DNA of 63,985 nt, counting the filler, from Octopus bimaculoides (lineage: Eukaryota), in assembly GCF_001194135.2 (NCBI RefSeq). It is 5 parts of 5 records of this genome, joined end to end, with 100 filler letters (N's around TTAATTAATTAA, not from the genome) between each part and the next. Parts side by side here need not be neighbours in the genome. Positions count along the whole stretch, not along the records: positions 54,428 to 63,985 come from NC_068982.1; 4 more parts are not named here. The stretch is one strand, 5' to 3'. A program made the position numbers and the translations under genes. Under the pieces are notes generated by a model that was given only the letters and a program-made list of their open reading frames with translations, made no database searches and was not told where the DNA came from. This document shows positions 61,420 through 63,985 of this stretch, in pieces; within the stretch, counting starts at the first letter, position 1; every line of letters starts with the position of its first letter.

Positions 61420-63400
61420 TCTGTATGTTTTTTACAATCACTTGCCAAGACACACCCAGCGTCCTATGGCGAATGAAGAATAAGAGATGCTACAGTATGA
61501 CTGAAAGCTTGGGGAAGGGGAGCAGTAGCGAAATATCTTCATGTAATGCAGCACAGACATTTAAATGGATAGAGTTTATCTAAGGATGTTGGCAGTACTT
61601 ATCAGCACAATCTCTCAGATTTCTGTGAGACATGGTTCTCCTGGGATCTTATCAAGATGTTTCTGACATCCCTTTTTTTTATCACACCTAGGGTACCTAC
61701 AATAACAAGAACAGTTCTCGCTTTAAGATGCCACATCTTTAGTATTTCAATTTTCAGGTCTTTATATTTACTTAATTTATCAAATTCCTTTACATATATA
61801 TTTTAATCTGTGGGAACACTTACATCTATTAGTCTACAAGTATTTTCTTCCCTGTCTTTGATAATTAAGTCTGGTCGATTAGTCTAGATCGTTCTATCAG
61901 TGTTGACATGAAAATCTCAGAGAATAGTAACACTTTTACCTTCAATGACTGGCTTAGAATAATGTTCATACCAGTAAGCGGGAGTCCTGATTTTGTAGTG
62001 TTTGCATATTTTCCAATGTAAATACTGTCCTGCCCTATCGTGGCGATTTTTGTATTCATTTGGTGTTAGCACAGGACATCCTGAGACGAGATGGTCTATT
62101 GTTTCGTCAAATGTGTCGCAGAATCTGTATTTAGGGTAAGAACTCTTTTGAAGAAGGTTAGCTTGGTAGTTTCTGGCAAGAAAGCCTTGATCTTGTGCCA
62201 CCAACATCAAACCTCCAGTCTCTGCTTTCAGTTCTGAACTTCGCAGTCACTGATGGTTTGCTGCTTGGTCTACATCAGCATTTCGACTTCGAAGAATGAA
62301 CCGTCCATGCCGGGACTTCTGGCTCCACTGCTCCGGCAATTCTATACAATAATTTTATTTATGAGTAATTGATCTTTGCACCCATGAGAATTTTTATAAC
62401 CTTTTTGAACTTGTGAAAGGGTAGAGTTCTGTTCAAGGAAAGCGTATATTCTTTCAGTTAGTATGAGTGTGAGGATCTTGTAGGTGGTGTTGCGACGTGT
62501 TATTGGTCAGTAGTTCTTTGGATCTTTTGTGTCTTCAGCTTTTTGGTGGAAGGTATGTTGTTCCTTCAGTAAACCAGGCAGATATTTGCTCTGGGTTCTG
62601 GATGACATCAGTTAGAGATGCAGCGAAATTTTGGTGTACTTCTGTCAAATAATTCAGCCAGAAGTTAGGGACCTGGTCTAGTCCTAGGGATTTTCATTTA
62701 TGAGACTTTCTAAGAACACATCTTAGCTCTTCTATTTCTAATTCCTCCATTTCTGCTCTTCAACTTCATCCAGTTTCTCACGCTCTATCCAGTCAGCTTC
62801 AGCATTACATTCTTTTTTGTTACTCCATATCTTCTATCAAAACTCTTTCATTTCTTCAGTCTTAGGTGTCTCCTTTACTTCTATCTTACTTTTACCAATT
62901 TCCCCATAAAATTTCTTTGCATCCATCTTGAATACTTTGTTTTGTCGATAAATTTTGATTCTTTTCTCATATCTTCTAAGCCGTTGGGCTTTCAGCCGCA
63001 TTCGCTGTTTCAATTGTTCCTTAGTTGCAGGGAGGTTTATAGAATATTTGATTTTATATTTTTACTTGATTTTTCTAGCTTGTTTCGTCTTAACATTTAC
63101 TTCCTTAGCAAGTTCATCGAAGACTGATACATCCGCCTGCAGTGATTCAATCTTTTTGTGTTGCTACTTTCTACTTAGGAGGTTTATTGACATGGTTGGC
63201 CCTTTAACGTGTCGTCCTGATACCCAGTTAAGCAGTTACAACTTCAGCAGTGGAATAAATGAGGTTATTTAAGATTGTTAGGTCATTCCTCCTATTTCTT
63301 AAGATATGTCTAAGAGCAACATTATATATTATGATTATGTTGTAATTTTTTATGCATGTCAGTAAACTCAGTCTTGCTCAGTTCTCTCAATACATTCTTT
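61420..63400 (-). mobile_element. R4/Dong-like RLE LINE relic (RT N-terminal part, CCHC knuckle, RLE) ending in (TAA)n
   Basis: DPKDPKNY-PIT..TYKILT, LVAQDQGFLARNY...FCDTFDETIDHLVSGCPVL..EYKNRHD..LHWKICKHY..WYEH, VTIL; the 3' end abuts the TTA tract 61334-61418. Confidence 0.85.
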
Positions 63401-63465
63401 TGCTTCTATGATCTTTTCCTCGTTATTCTCCTCAAATTCTGTATCATATCTATTTTGGTGCTCTT

Positions 63466-63985
63466 GAAAGAGCAGCACATGCTATTAAAGTGACACTGAG
63501 ATACAAATATACGAAGATCAATATAATCATCATGACTACTTGTCTGGTAAGGGTACATAAGGCACATGAATCTCAACCATATGTGCGCGACATGGTGACC
63601 TCATAACAAGATAAACAGCGCGCGACCTTGCAGGTGAGACAAACTTAGAATTTTCTTCAGGTCGAGTTTACCTATCTCGTTCAAAAGGTCCCTAAATAAG
63701 GGTTATTTGAGGATGATGAACGAAATACCCATGTTTCCAGAGGTGAATTATTCAAACTCCAAAGAATTCTCCGCAACACCTAGCTATGATATTCCCTGAC
63801 TACTCATGCTCATGATCAGAGATGCACATGTCTTCAGCCACTAAGGAATATACACAACCGGTTAAGGTAAAAAAAAAAAAAAACTTACCGGCAAATCTGT
63901 GGTATTGAGCAGAATATTTAATGTAGCCCATCTTTTATACCAAAACAAAACACGTACATGCTAACACCTCCGATCAGTTAAAATC
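63466..63985 (+). mobile_element. Second copy of the approximately 550-bp repeat, cut by window end
   Basis: Colinear with 60781-61300. Confidence 0.75.

Overview
Repeat-rich, AT-rich animal genomic DNA with about 5.6 kb of N gaps. The SINE/LINE repertoire and microsatellite density point to a coleoid cephalopod, probably Octopus (inference, not a database result). Two host genes are supportable. (1) A plus-strand ankyrin-repeat/SOCS-box (ASB-type) gene; I can splice it into a 434-aa ORF (4477-4657 + 7319-8442) that adds a polyproline N-terminus missed by the ORF track. (2) Four consecutive, phase-compatible minus-strand LRR exons of an FBXL13/DRC6 orthologue (45673-45773, 45179-45308, 40149-40247, 35526-35640); I could not find its other exons in the window. 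The rest is decayed mobile DNA: three tRNA-derived SINE families, RTE, CR1/L2-like, Tx1/L1 and R4/Dong-like LINE fragments, a piggyBac relic, two abutting mariner relics and MITEs. The most interesting unexplained signals are: several hammerhead-ribozyme-like cores of Penelope/retrozyme type (one just downstream of the ASB stop); an RTE C-terminus with three tandem C2H2 fingers; SINEs, Dong LINEs and other elements piling into each other's TAA/TTA tails; one SINE head carrying two different LINE-like tails; a 330-bp intronic foldback; a pre-miRNA-like hairpin; and the possibility that the ASB gene is nested antisense in an FBXL13 intron. All protein and family assignments come from motif recognition by eye, and repeat boundaries are approximate.
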